From an uncultured bacterium (GTDB lineage: Bacteria; Verrucomicrobiota; Verrucomicrobiia; Limisphaerales; UBA8199): DNA of 64,000 nucleotides. Positions 11,495-20,131 of this stretch are shown one piece after another. Under the pieces are notes generated by a model. The model had not been told where the DNA came from and made no database searches. It saw nothing but the letters and a program-made list of their open reading frames with translations. The DNA lies in assembly GCA_963749495.1 (NCBI GenBank), contig CAVVMW010000010.1:256001-320000 (forward strand), given 5' to 3'. Made by a program: the position numbers and the translations under genes. Within the stretch, counting starts at the first letter, position 1. The number at the start of each line of letters is the position of its first letter.

Positions 11495-12418
11495 TCAGTT
11501 GCGCAAAGAGAAATCAATCAAACTCGTCTGTTCAAGGACTTCAGCCAGCGCCGGAGCCGAGGGACGGCCGCCCGGGCGCTGGACGGAGAGCCCGGCGGCC
11601 ACGGTGGCCAGGCGCAAGGCGGCGTGGAGGTCCATGGCCTGCGCCAGGGCGAAGGCGAAGGCGCCGTGGAAGATGTCGCCGGCGGCGGTCGTATCCACCG
11701 CCTGGACCGGCAGGGCGGGCAGGCGGCCCTCCTGGCGGCCGTCCGAAAAGAGGAGGCCCTTCTCGCCCAAGGTCACGACGGCCACCCGGCCGTTGCGGGC
11801 CTGCACGAGGCGAAGGCAGGATTGCCAATGCCCGTCGACGTCCTCGTGGCCCGCGACTTGCGCGGCGAACCGTTCCGAGCAGACCAGGTATTGCACGCGC
11901 CGCGAGAGCACCTCGGTGCCCTCGCGCAGCGTGCCCGCGTCCAGCACCGTGATGGCCGAGGGGAATGCCTGGAGGGCCGCCAGCGAGGCGCCCGGCTCGT
12001 GCCCGTCGAAGAGCAGCAGGCGCGGCTGCAGTCCGGCCAGCTTGTGGCGCGGCAAGTCGAGGGCCGCCGCCGGCGCGCGGCGGTTGATGATGGTGCGCGA
12101 GCCGCTGCTTCGGTTGGCGATGATGAAGGAGACCGGCGTCAGAAAACCCGGGCGTGTCTCCATGAGCGAGCATTCGACGCCGCCTTGCCGGAGTTCGGCC
12201 AGGACACGCCGGCCGTATTCATCGTCGCCCACCACGGCGGCCAGGGCGGTCGGCACGCCCCAACGCGCCAGCAGCCACGCCGCATTGGCGGCCGGGCCGC
12301 CTCCGGACTCGACGAGCCGATCTGTCTGCACCTTCGAGTTCTCCGCAGGGTAGGCCGCCACGCTCATGCACAGGTCATGAGCAGCGTGCCCAATGCACAA
12401 GACCTCGATGGGGATCAT
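11495..12418 (-). CDS. PfkB family carbohydrate kinase
   Basis: GGGPAANAA and VDTTAAGDIFHGAF signatures; ATG overlaps the accD stop (ATGA). Confidence 0.92.
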   Translation of the reverse strand: MIPIEVLCIGHAAHDLCMSVAAYPAENSKVQTDRLVESGGGPAANAAWLLARWGVPTALAAVVGDDEYGRRVLAELRQGGVECSLMETRPGFLTPVSFIIANRSSGSRTIINRRAPAAALDLPRHKLAGLQPRLLLFDGHEPGASLAALQAFPSAITVLDAGTLREGTEVLSRRVQYLVCSERFAAQVAGHEDVDGHWQSCLRLVQARNGRVAVVTLGEKGLLFSDGRQEGRLPALPVQAVDTTAAGDIFHGAFAFALAQAMDLHAALRLATVAAGLSVQRPGGRPSAPALAEVLEQTSLIDFSLRN

Positions 12419-13395
12419 CCCATGAGGTAATTGAGGTATTCGATGAACCGCGCCTTCATTTCCTTGCGGGGGACGATGGCATCGATCAGGCCGTGGTCGA
12501 GCAGGAACTCGGCGGTCTGGAATCCCGGGGGCAGCTCCGCCTGCGTGGTGTCCTTGATCACGCGGGGTCCGGCGAAACCGACCATGGCTCCCGGCTCGGC
12601 AATAATGAGGTCGCCCACGCTGGCGTAACTGGCCATGACGCCGGCGGTGGTCGGGTCGGTGAGGGCGCTGATGTAGGGCAGGCGCGCCTTGGCGTGGTAG
12701 GCGAGGGCGGCGCAGGTCTTGGCCATTTGCATGAGGCTGAACATGCCCTCGTACATCCGGGCGCCGCCGCTGGTCGAGATGATGACCAGGGGCAATTCCT
12801 TTTCCGTGGCCCGCTCGATGAGCCGGGTGAGCTTCTCGCCCACGACCGACCCCATCGAGCCGCCCAGGAACTTGAAATCCATCACCCCAAGGGCCACCCG
12901 GTGCTCGCCGATCTTGCAGAGGCCTGTCAGCACCGCGTCCTTGAGCCCGGTCTCCCGCTGGTATTTCTCCAGCTTCGAGACATAGGAGGCCGCGCCGGTG
13001 AAGGAGAGGACGTCGACGCTGCTCATCTCCGCGTCCATCTCCTCGAAGGTGCAGGTTTCGACCAGGGAATGGATGCGCTCGCGCGCGCCGATCGGGGAAT
13101 GGTGCTGGCAATGAGGGCAGACCTTGAGATTCTCGTCCAACTCCTTGTCGAAGACCATCGTGCTGCACTTGGGGCATTTGCTCCACAGGCCCTCGGGGAT
13201 CTCGCGCTTTCGCGGTTTGTCCGGGGCCAGCTTGGGCTTCTTGGCGAAGGTGGTGTTGCCGCTGGGCGGCGGCGGGGTCACGGCGGGCTCGACCGTTTCC
13301 AGGCCAAGGGTCTTCTTGGTGAAGGTAGTGGTAGCCATGCTCAAGGGTGTTGAGGATTTTGGTGCGCCGTTGGGCGATTGTGCCATAGTCGTCAT
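12415..13395 (-). CDS. accD: Acetyl-CoA carboxylase carboxyltransferase beta subunit (start may be 13338)
   Basis: GLWSKCPKC..CPHC zinc finger, FLGGSMGSVVGEK, SGGARMYEG, GFQTAEFLLDHG. Confidence 0.97.
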   Translation of the reverse strand: MTTMAQSPNGAPKSSTPLSMATTTFTKKTLGLETVEPAVTPPPPSGNTTFAKKPKLAPDKPRKREIPEGLWSKCPKCSTMVFDKELDENLKVCPHCQHHSPIGARERIHSLVETCTFEEMDAEMSSVDVLSFTGAASYVSKLEKYQRETGLKDAVLTGLCKIGEHRVALGVMDFKFLGGSMGSVVGEKLTRLIERATEKELPLVIISTSGGARMYEGMFSLMQMAKTCAALAYHAKARLPYISALTDPTTAGVMASYASVGDLIIAEPGAMVGFAGPRVIKDTTQAELPPGFQTAEFLLDHGLIDAIVPRKEMKARFIEYLNYLMG

Positions 13396-13417
13396 TGCAG
13401 GCGCCGGACCATAATAT

Positions 13418-14146
13418 TCAGATTCCGCGAGCGACTGTCCAGACGCAAACGTCGGCCGCCCCGGCGGCCCGGAGGACCTGGGCGCAGGCCCCGGTGGTGG
13501 CGCCGGTGGTCATGACATCGTCCACCAGGACGAGGCGCTCGCCGTGCAGGCGCGCCCCGCCGCGCATGGCAAAGGCCCCGGGCATGTTGGCCAGGCGCTC
13601 CGGGCGGCTCAGTCTTGTCTGCGTCTGCGTCGGGACCACCCGCCGGAGCAACCGTCGGTTGACGGGGATGCCGGTGGCGCGGGCGAGCCGGTTGGCCAGC
13701 CGCTCCGCCTGGTTGAATTGCCGGTGCCGCTCTTTGGCGGGGTGCAGTGGCACCGGCACCAGCCAATGCCATGGGCCTGCCGCCAAGGCCGGCGCCGCCC
13801 GGCTGACAAGCAGTTGGGCCAGAAAGGGCTCGAACCATAGCGCCCGCCCGTACTTGTAGCGGTGGATGACCTCCAGCACGCCGGCTTTGGCCACCACCGC
13901 CGAGCGGGCCATCCCAAAGGCCCAACCGGATTCCCGGCAGGCCGCGCACTCGAACGGGCCGCTCACTTGACCCGGGTAAGGCCGGCCGCAACGCTCGCAA
14001 AACGGCGGCTCGATGAACCGCACCTTGGCCCTGCAGCCGGTACACACATAGCCCTGGGCCGGCGCGGCGCGCGCGGCGCCGCAGAGCTGGCAGACCTCCG
14101 GATAAACCAAGCCCAGCACGGCGTTCATCCAACTGTTCAAGTTCAA
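13418..14146 (-). CDS. comF: ComF family protein (zinc ribbon + phosphoribosyltransferase)
   Basis: CxxC pairs, VPVPLH, FNQAERLA, LVDDVMTTGAT. Confidence 0.92.
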   Translation of the reverse strand: MNLNSWMNAVLGLVYPEVCQLCGAARAAPAQGYVCTGCRAKVRFIEPPFCERCGRPYPGQVSGPFECAACRESGWAFGMARSAVVAKAGVLEVIHRYKYGRALWFEPFLAQLLVSRAAPALAAGPWHWLVPVPLHPAKERHRQFNQAERLANRLARATGIPVNRRLLRRVVPTQTQTRLSRPERLANMPGAFAMRGGARLHGERLVLVDDVMTTGATTGACAQVLRAAGAADVCVWTVARGI

Positions 14147-14226
14147 AAACCCACTCTACTGGAAAGGACCGCCCCAGGCAAAGAAAACCTTTGTCAATCA
14201 AGGCCGCCTCGTGCTAAATAGTCCCG

Positions 14227-15084
14227 GTGGTTGGCCCACAGACAGAAGCCCATTCCAGCCCGACGCCCCAGCCGGCGCCGTTCGGGCGCTTTTACCTCCA
14301 GGAATTGTTGAACAGCGGCGGCATGGCGGATATATGGCTGGTCACCGACGAAGCCCACAAGGCCTACGCCCTGCGCCGCATGCACGAGCGCCTCCGGTTC
14401 AACCTCTTCGCCCGCAAGCGTTTCCGGCGCGGCTGCGAGATCCTCGCCAAAGTCAACGACCACGAAGGCATCATCGGCTACGTCGAGCACGGCAAGATCA
14501 ACGGCCAGCTTTATTGCCTCATGGAGTACGTCGAGGCCGATAACCTTAAAGACCTCTATGCCCGCCAGGACCCGGTCCTGCTCGATAACGTCGCCCAAAT
14601 CCTCATCGATTCGGCCGTAGCCCTCGATCACATGCACACCAACGGCTTCATGCACCTGGATTTCAAGCCCGAAAACGTCCTCATCACCCGCAACGGCAGC
14701 GTCCGCCTCATCGATTTCGACCTCGCCCAGCAGATCCCGGAGAAACCCAGGAAGCTCTCCAAGAAGAACCCCGGCACCCCGGCCTACATGGCCCCGGAAC
14801 AACTGCTCGGCCAGCCCATCACCCACCACGTGGACATCTTCGCTTACGGCGTGGCCGCTTATGAACTGCTGACCAACGCCAAGCCCTTTCCAGGAGACAC
14901 GCCCGCCGAAATCCTCCAACGCCAACTCGACCGCTCCGAGTTCCTGCTGCCGCGGGAGCTCAATCCCGACATCCCCCCCAGCCTCGAGAAGATCATCCTC
15001 CGCTGTCTGGAAGTCCAGCCCGCCCAGCGGCACCCGGTCATGGGCGTCATGGTGCGCGAGCTCAAGGCGGCGTTGTACGTCTGA
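14227..15084 (+). CDS. Soluble Ser/Thr protein kinase
   Basis: SGGMADIW, HLDFKPEN, IDFDLA, GTPAYMAPEQ. Confidence 0.93.
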   Translation: MVGPQTEAHSSPTPQPAPFGRFYLQELLNSGGMADIWLVTDEAHKAYALRRMHERLRFNLFARKRFRRGCEILAKVNDHEGIIGYVEHGKINGQLYCLMEYVEADNLKDLYARQDPVLLDNVAQILIDSAVALDHMHTNGFMHLDFKPENVLITRNGSVRLIDFDLAQQIPEKPRKLSKKNPGTPAYMAPEQLLGQPITHHVDIFAYGVAAYELLTNAKPFPGDTPAEILQRQLDRSEFLLPRELNPDIPPSLEKIILRCLEVQPAQRHPVMGVMVRELKAALYV

Positions 15085-15108
15085 GATGGATCGGGTTACC
15101 TTGCCGGC

Positions 15109-15879
15109 ATGGCCAAGCCGAACTGGATCGAACTGCCGACCGGCCAACGGATTCTGATCCTGTATGAAGACCGGTCGGTGCTGGTGATTGACAAGCCGCC
15201 CGGGTGGATGTTGGCGCCCTCTTCGTGGCACAAGCGCAGCGGCAATCTCCAGCGGGCGCTGGAGGCCTCCATTAAGGCGGGCGATTTCTGGGCGCGGTTG
15301 CGGAATCTGGACTATTTGCGCTTTGCGCATCGCCTGGATGCGGGCACGTCCGGCATCCTGGTGCTGGCCAAGACCCCGGGCGCCTTGGGCGCCTTGGGCG
15401 CCCTCTTCCAGGGCCGCCAGGTGGCCAAACTCTACCTGGCCGTGGTCCGGGGAGTGCCGGCCCAAACCCAATGGAGCTGCGGCCTGAAACTGGCGCCGGA
15501 CCGGGCCAATCCCGGCAAGATGCGCGTCGCGCCGGAGCGGGGCAAGGAGGCCACGACACAGTTCCGTCTGCTCCAGGCCGGCCAGGGCACCGCTCTGCTG
15601 GAGGCCCGTCCGTTTACGGGCCGGACCCACCAAATCCGCGTCCACCTGGCCGCCTGCGGTCACCCCGTGGTGGGTGACGGACTCTACGGGCCGGTGCCGG
15701 ACCGGCCAGCCCAGCTCCAGCTCGGCCTGCGGGCGGCGGGTCTGGCCTACACTGACCCCTTCACGCATCGCCCTGTCCGCATCCGGGCGCCGGTTGAGGA
15801 GTTCGCCCGCCAATACGGCTTCCAGCCGCCTGATGCCGCCGCCCTCATTTTGGAGCCTGCAACCTCTGCCAACCGTTGA
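15109..15879 (+). CDS. RluA family RNA pseudouridine synthase
   Basis: DKPPG, HRLDAGTSG, TGRTHQIRVHLA, GDGLYG. Confidence 0.95.
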   Translation: MAKPNWIELPTGQRILILYEDRSVLVIDKPPGWMLAPSSWHKRSGNLQRALEASIKAGDFWARLRNLDYLRFAHRLDAGTSGILVLAKTPGALGALGALFQGRQVAKLYLAVVRGVPAQTQWSCGLKLAPDRANPGKMRVAPERGKEATTQFRLLQAGQGTALLEARPFTGRTHQIRVHLAACGHPVVGDGLYGPVPDRPAQLQLGLRAAGLAYTDPFTHRPVRIRAPVEEFARQYGFQPPDAAALILEPATSANR

Positions 15880-15882
15880 ATT

Positions 15883-16389
15883 ATGCTGAACGAGACCGAC
15901 ACTGCCCGGCCCGTGGCTGAGACGGCTTGGTTGGTGTTCAAGCCCTCGCCGATTCATGGCACCGGCGGCTTTGCCAGGCTACCCATCCCCAGAGGCACCC
16001 GCGTCATCGAGTACGTGGGCCAACCGATCGACAAATACGAATCGCTGCGCCGGTGCCAGGCCGATAACCAATACATCTTTTGCCTCAACCAGGAGACCGA
16101 CCTCAATGGCAACGTGGACTGGAACCCGGCGCGCTTTATCAACCATAGCTGCGCCCCCAACTGCGACGCCGAGGTCCACGACAACCGCATCTGGCTGGTC
16201 GCTCAGCGCGACATCCAGGCCGGCCAAGAGGTCACCTTCAATTACGGGTTCGACCTGGAGGACTACAAAGACTATCCCTGCCGCTGCGGCGCCCCCAATT
16301 GTGCCGGCTTCATCGTCGCCCAGGAATATTTCGCCCACGTGCGGCGGCGGGGTCTGGGCGGCGAGCAGCGTTACAGAAATATGATTTGA
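15883..16389 (+). CDS. SET-domain protein-lysine methyltransferase with post-SET motif
   Basis: SPIHGTGGFA, ARFINHSCAPNC, EVTFNY, CRCGAPNC. Confidence 0.95.
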   Translation: MLNETDTARPVAETAWLVFKPSPIHGTGGFARLPIPRGTRVIEYVGQPIDKYESLRRCQADNQYIFCLNQETDLNGNVDWNPARFINHSCAPNCDAEVHDNRIWLVAQRDIQAGQEVTFNYGFDLEDYKDYPCRCGAPNCAGFIVAQEYFAHVRRRGLGGEQRYRNMI

Positions 16390-16403
16390 CTAAAGTCCCA
16401 AAC

Positions 16404-16721
16404 TCATCCGCTACGGCGGCGGGCGGCGAGCCTTCGCTGGAGCGGGGAAGGCGCGCTGGCGTCGCGCAACGCGCGGATGCGCTCCTCCTGGCGCTCGATC
16501 TCGGCGTCCATTTCGGCCTGGTGATCGTAGTACCAGGCCAGCGCGGCATACGCCTGCGCAAGTGAGACTTGGGGATGGTTCTCTTGGATCGTCTCAGCAT
16601 TCCACCCGTACGCCAAGTGGTCCAGGACTATCTCGACAACTTTGACATTGGTCTCGTCCACCCACGGGCGGCCCTCTTGGTCAAGAAGGATGTGGGGCAC
16701 GGTACTCGCGGTCTTCATCAC
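16404..16721 (-). CDS. DUF433 family (antitoxin-like) protein
   Basis: GRPWVDETNVKVVEIV...PQVSLAQAYAALAWYYDHQAEMD. Confidence 0.88.
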   Translation of the reverse strand: MMKTASTVPHILLDQEGRPWVDETNVKVVEIVLDHLAYGWNAETIQENHPQVSLAQAYAALAWYYDHQAEMDAEIERQEERIRALRDASAPSPLQRRLAARRRSG

Positions 16722-16800
16722 GGCCCAAGCTTACCCGATTCCGATGCAGAATCAACCTCGCAAGGGTGGCGGGTGTTGGCGACTTCGAAGCGTGGCTGAA

Positions 16801-16856
16801 TTCTTCGTTCCCTTCGTTTCCTTCTGTTCCCTTCGTTCCCTTCGTTTCCTTCTGTG
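16801..16856. repeat. 9-mer tandem repeat (CTTCGTTCC-like)
   Basis: cttcgttcccttcgtttccttctgtt occurs twice; the reverse complement occurs at 19950-19977. Confidence 0.8.
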
Positions 16857-16888
16857 AGGCCTCTTGGCTTCTGTGAGGCTTTTGTTCC

Positions 16889-19018
16889 TCACCGCGCGGC
16901 GCGGTCCAGGGCGGCCACGACGGTGCCGGGGGTCAGGGCCTCGGGCAGGACTTGCGGGGGCGCGTTGGTCTCTTTGGGATAGACCAGGACGAGCGGCACC
17001 CCCGCCCGGCCATAGCGGTTCAACTCCTCCGTGATGTTGTCGGGGAAGCGGGTGTAGTCGCCCAGGAATGCGACCGCCTGGGTGGCCTGCAGTTTGGCGC
17101 GCACGGAAGAGACTTCGAGCGCGAATTTTTTGTTCGCCTGGCAGGTCAGGCACCAATCTGCTGTGAAATCCACCAGGACGGGCCGTCCGGCGGCGCGGGC
17201 CAGGACGACCGCCCCCGGGCTCCAACGCTGCCAGTCGATGCCGTTCGGGCTCTCCTTGAGGCTGCCCTGCGCGAGGGCCTCTTCCACGGGCGTGCGCCAG
17301 CGCAGTTGGCCCTCGATGACATAGAAGTATCCGCCTGCCAGGAGCAGCAAAGCCACCGCCAGGCCGAGTCCGCGCCGGGCGCCGCCGCGCTGGACGAATT
17401 GGCCATAGACCCACGCGGCCAAGGCCAGGATGACCAGGAACATCGCCAGCCACCAGGACCGCGCCCCATAATGAATCGGTATCAGGCTGAACAGCCAAAC
17501 CGCCGTGGCCAGCATGGGAAATCCCATGGCGACCTTGAACCGCTCCATCCACGGGCCGGGCTTGGGAAGGAATTTCAGCCAGCCGGGCTGCCAACTCAGG
17601 ACCACGTACGGCGCCGCCAATCCCACCCCAACCGTGAGGAACATCAAGACGATAATGGCCGGCGGCTGAGTAAAGGCGAAACCGAGCGCCGCCCCCAGAA
17701 ACGGGGCCGTGCAAGGCGTGGCCAACACGGTGGCCAACACCCCGTTGAAAAACGCCCCCGCGGGCCCGTGCCTAGTAGCTAGACCCCCTGCCGCTCCGAT
17801 CACCCGTCCGCTCAGGCTCACCTCGAACAGCCCGAACAAGTTCAGCGCAATCAGCGTCACCAGGGTGGTCAGCCCCACCAGGAACTGCGGGCTGCCGAAT
17901 TGCATGCCCCAGCCAGCCCGATGCCCGGCCGCCTTGACCCCGATGACCAGACTCGCCAGGAGCAGGAACGAGGTCAGCACGCCCAGCGCATAGATCAGCC
18001 CCAGCGCCCGCAACCGGCGCGGCTCGGCCTTGGCCTGGCCGACGAACCCCAGAATCTTCAGGGCGATCACCGGCAGGACGCACGGCATCACGTTCAGGAT
18101 CAGGCCCCCGATCAACGCATAGAGAAGCATCTTCCAAAGCGAGGGCGCGCCCAGCGCCGACGCGGCTCCAGCCGGGACACGCGCCCCCTCCACCGGCAGG
18201 GTCCCCTCGAAAGCCAGCCGCTCCGAACCGGCTTTCTGGACCAGCGCGCCCGCCACTTGCCTGGGCCAATCGCCCGACAGCTTCTTGACCTGCTTGCGCA
18301 GCCGGACCTTGCCGGCATCAGCCGGCAACCTCTCTGTGGCAGGCTGCACCTCGAACTGCTCGCTGCTGTCCGGGTAAAAATCCGCTTCGGTGACTGCCGC
18401 TGGCGAGTTCCATTCAATTATCAATGGCCGCAAGTCGCCGCTCATCGGGCCTTCCCACCAGACCCGGGCTGCCACGGCGGCTGCGGGCCTGGGCAGCTTC
18501 TTGACCCAGCCGTCCAGCAGGGCGGCGTCCTTGGACGGCCTGGTTGCCCCGCCGATGCTCAACGCGGCCAGGACCTCGGCACTGCCCGGGATGCAGGCGG
18601 TCTCGCATTCGAGCCAGGAGACCTTGCCCTTGAGGTCGAGCTGCCCCGGGGGCAGGTTGGCGGCCAGATTGAGCGGGACCAGCAGGACCACCTCGCCCCG
18701 GTAAATGTACGTCGTGAGGTCTTCATCGGCGAGTTTCTCGGGGGCGGGCCATTGCGCGGGACCGGGCGTAACTCCCTGGGGCAGTTGCCACTGGATGGCC
18801 GTGGCAATGCCCGACGCGCCGGGATTCCGCCAATAGGTGTGCCAGCCCGAGTCCATGTGGAGGACAATGCCCGCCTGGACGGTGTCTCCGGGCCGTGCCG
18901 CATCCGCCCCCAGCACCAGGCGCGCCTGCGTATGGGCAGCCTGGACCTGCCATGCGGCCAGGCAGACTGCGACTCCCAAAAGGTTCCTAAAGAGTCTCAC
19001 GCTAACAACATGTACCAT
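16889..19018 (-). CDS. DsbD-family protein-disulfide reductase
   Basis: GWHTYWRNPG, CETAC, LNVMPCVLPV, ATPCTAP, ADWCLTC. Confidence 0.93.
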   Translation of the reverse strand: MVHVVSVRLFRNLLGVAVCLAAWQVQAAHTQARLVLGADAARPGDTVQAGIVLHMDSGWHTYWRNPGASGIATAIQWQLPQGVTPGPAQWPAPEKLADEDLTTYIYRGEVVLLVPLNLAANLPPGQLDLKGKVSWLECETACIPGSAEVLAALSIGGATRPSKDAALLDGWVKKLPRPAAAVAARVWWEGPMSGDLRPLIIEWNSPAAVTEADFYPDSSEQFEVQPATERLPADAGKVRLRKQVKKLSGDWPRQVAGALVQKAGSERLAFEGTLPVEGARVPAGAASALGAPSLWKMLLYALIGGLILNVMPCVLPVIALKILGFVGQAKAEPRRLRALGLIYALGVLTSFLLLASLVIGVKAAGHRAGWGMQFGSPQFLVGLTTLVTLIALNLFGLFEVSLSGRVIGAAGGLATRHGPAGAFFNGVLATVLATPCTAPFLGAALGFAFTQPPAIIVLMFLTVGVGLAAPYVVLSWQPGWLKFLPKPGPWMERFKVAMGFPMLATAVWLFSLIPIHYGARSWWLAMFLVILALAAWVYGQFVQRGGARRGLGLAVALLLLAGGYFYVIEGQLRWRTPVEEALAQGSLKESPNGIDWQRWSPGAVVLARAAGRPVLVDFTADWCLTCQANKKFALEVSSVRAKLQATQAVAFLGDYTRFPDNITEELNRYGRAGVPLVLVYPKETNAPPQVLPEALTPGTVVAALDRAAR

Positions 19019-19305
19019 GAGCCGCCGTTGTGCACATGGCTTTTTGTCGCTCGCGTCCCTTTTGTCCCTTTTGTCCCTTTTGTTTCAGGCGGAAAAGATT
19101 TTGAGACCTCTGACAGCGGATGTCAGAGGTCCCGTGTTAGGCTGTGAGTTGGAAAGCTGGAAGACCCGTGCTTCCAGGGAAACGGCTGTGGGGAGGGAAC
19201 GGGGCGAGGGGGGCTCGTTGCGGTGCCTCCCTCGATTGTTTCCCTCCGGAAACGGCTGCGTTACGGAATCAGGCGGACGGGTCGTCCCGCATTCGGACAA
19301 CAGAA

Positions 19306-20022
19306 ATGAGACTGGGAAAAGATGCCAGGCTCTCGCCGCAAGCGGTCATCGCCCGGCCCGAGTTGGTGGACATTGGCGACTACGCGGCCATCGATCCCTT
19401 TACGGTGATCATGACCGCCGCCACGCTGGGCAACTACGTCCATATCGGGCCGCACTGCTCGGTCCTGGGCGGATGGGATGATCGCCTGGTGATGGGGGAT
19501 TTTTCGAGCCTGGCCGGCGGGTGCCGCATCATTTGTTCGAGCGACGATTGCGCGGGCGAGGGCCTCACCGGGGCGGCTATCCCCCTCCAATTCCGCGTCG
19601 TGAGGATTTCCACCGTCACCCTCCAGCGATTCGTCTCGGTCGGGGTCGATGTCATCATCTTGCCGGGCGTGACCATCGGGGAGGGCGCGGCTATCGCCCC
19701 CGGGACCATGGTCGAGCGAGACCTCGAGCCGTGGGGCCTCTACGAGGGCAGGCCGGCCCGCCGCACCGGCACGCGCCCCCGGGACAGGATCCTGGCCCTG
19801 GCAAAAGAACTGGTGAAGCAGGCAAGCCGCCCCGACTACTTCTCGGCAGATTCTCAAGGCACGAGCTTCGTGGCCGAACGCCCGCCGCCCTGGGGCATCA
19901 GGGGCGCCGAGCGGCAGGGGCACAGAAGGGGAGAAGGAACAGCGCATTCAACAGAAGGAAACGAAGGAAACGAAGGATTGGAACCAGCAAAGCCTGAAAC
20001 CGGCATGACGGACGAGTTTTGA
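19306..20022 (+). CDS. Hexapeptide-repeat acyltransferase
   Basis: LGNYVHIGPHCSVLGG, IICSSDD, ILPGVTIGEGAAI, EPWGLYEGRPAR. Confidence 0.85.
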   Translation: MRLGKDARLSPQAVIARPELVDIGDYAAIDPFTVIMTAATLGNYVHIGPHCSVLGGWDDRLVMGDFSSLAGGCRIICSSDDCAGEGLTGAAIPLQFRVVRISTVTLQRFVSVGVDVIILPGVTIGEGAAIAPGTMVERDLEPWGLYEGRPARRTGTRPRDRILALAKELVKQASRPDYFSADSQGTSFVAERPPPWGIRGAERQGHRRGEGTAHSTEGNEGNEGLEPAKPETGMTDEF

Positions 20023-20131
20023 ACATTCGCCCCGCTCTTTCTTGTCCCGAAGGGACATCCGACAATAGCCCAACGGTTCACGTTTCACGCATCACGTTTC
20101 ACGTCTTGCTGCCTCCCGTCCCACGTCTTCA

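Noticed and set aside
11495..13186. 563-aa ORF suggesting a long N-terminal extension on the PfkB kinase
   Set aside because: The extension is an alternative frame of accD; the kinase starts at the ATGA overlap at 12418
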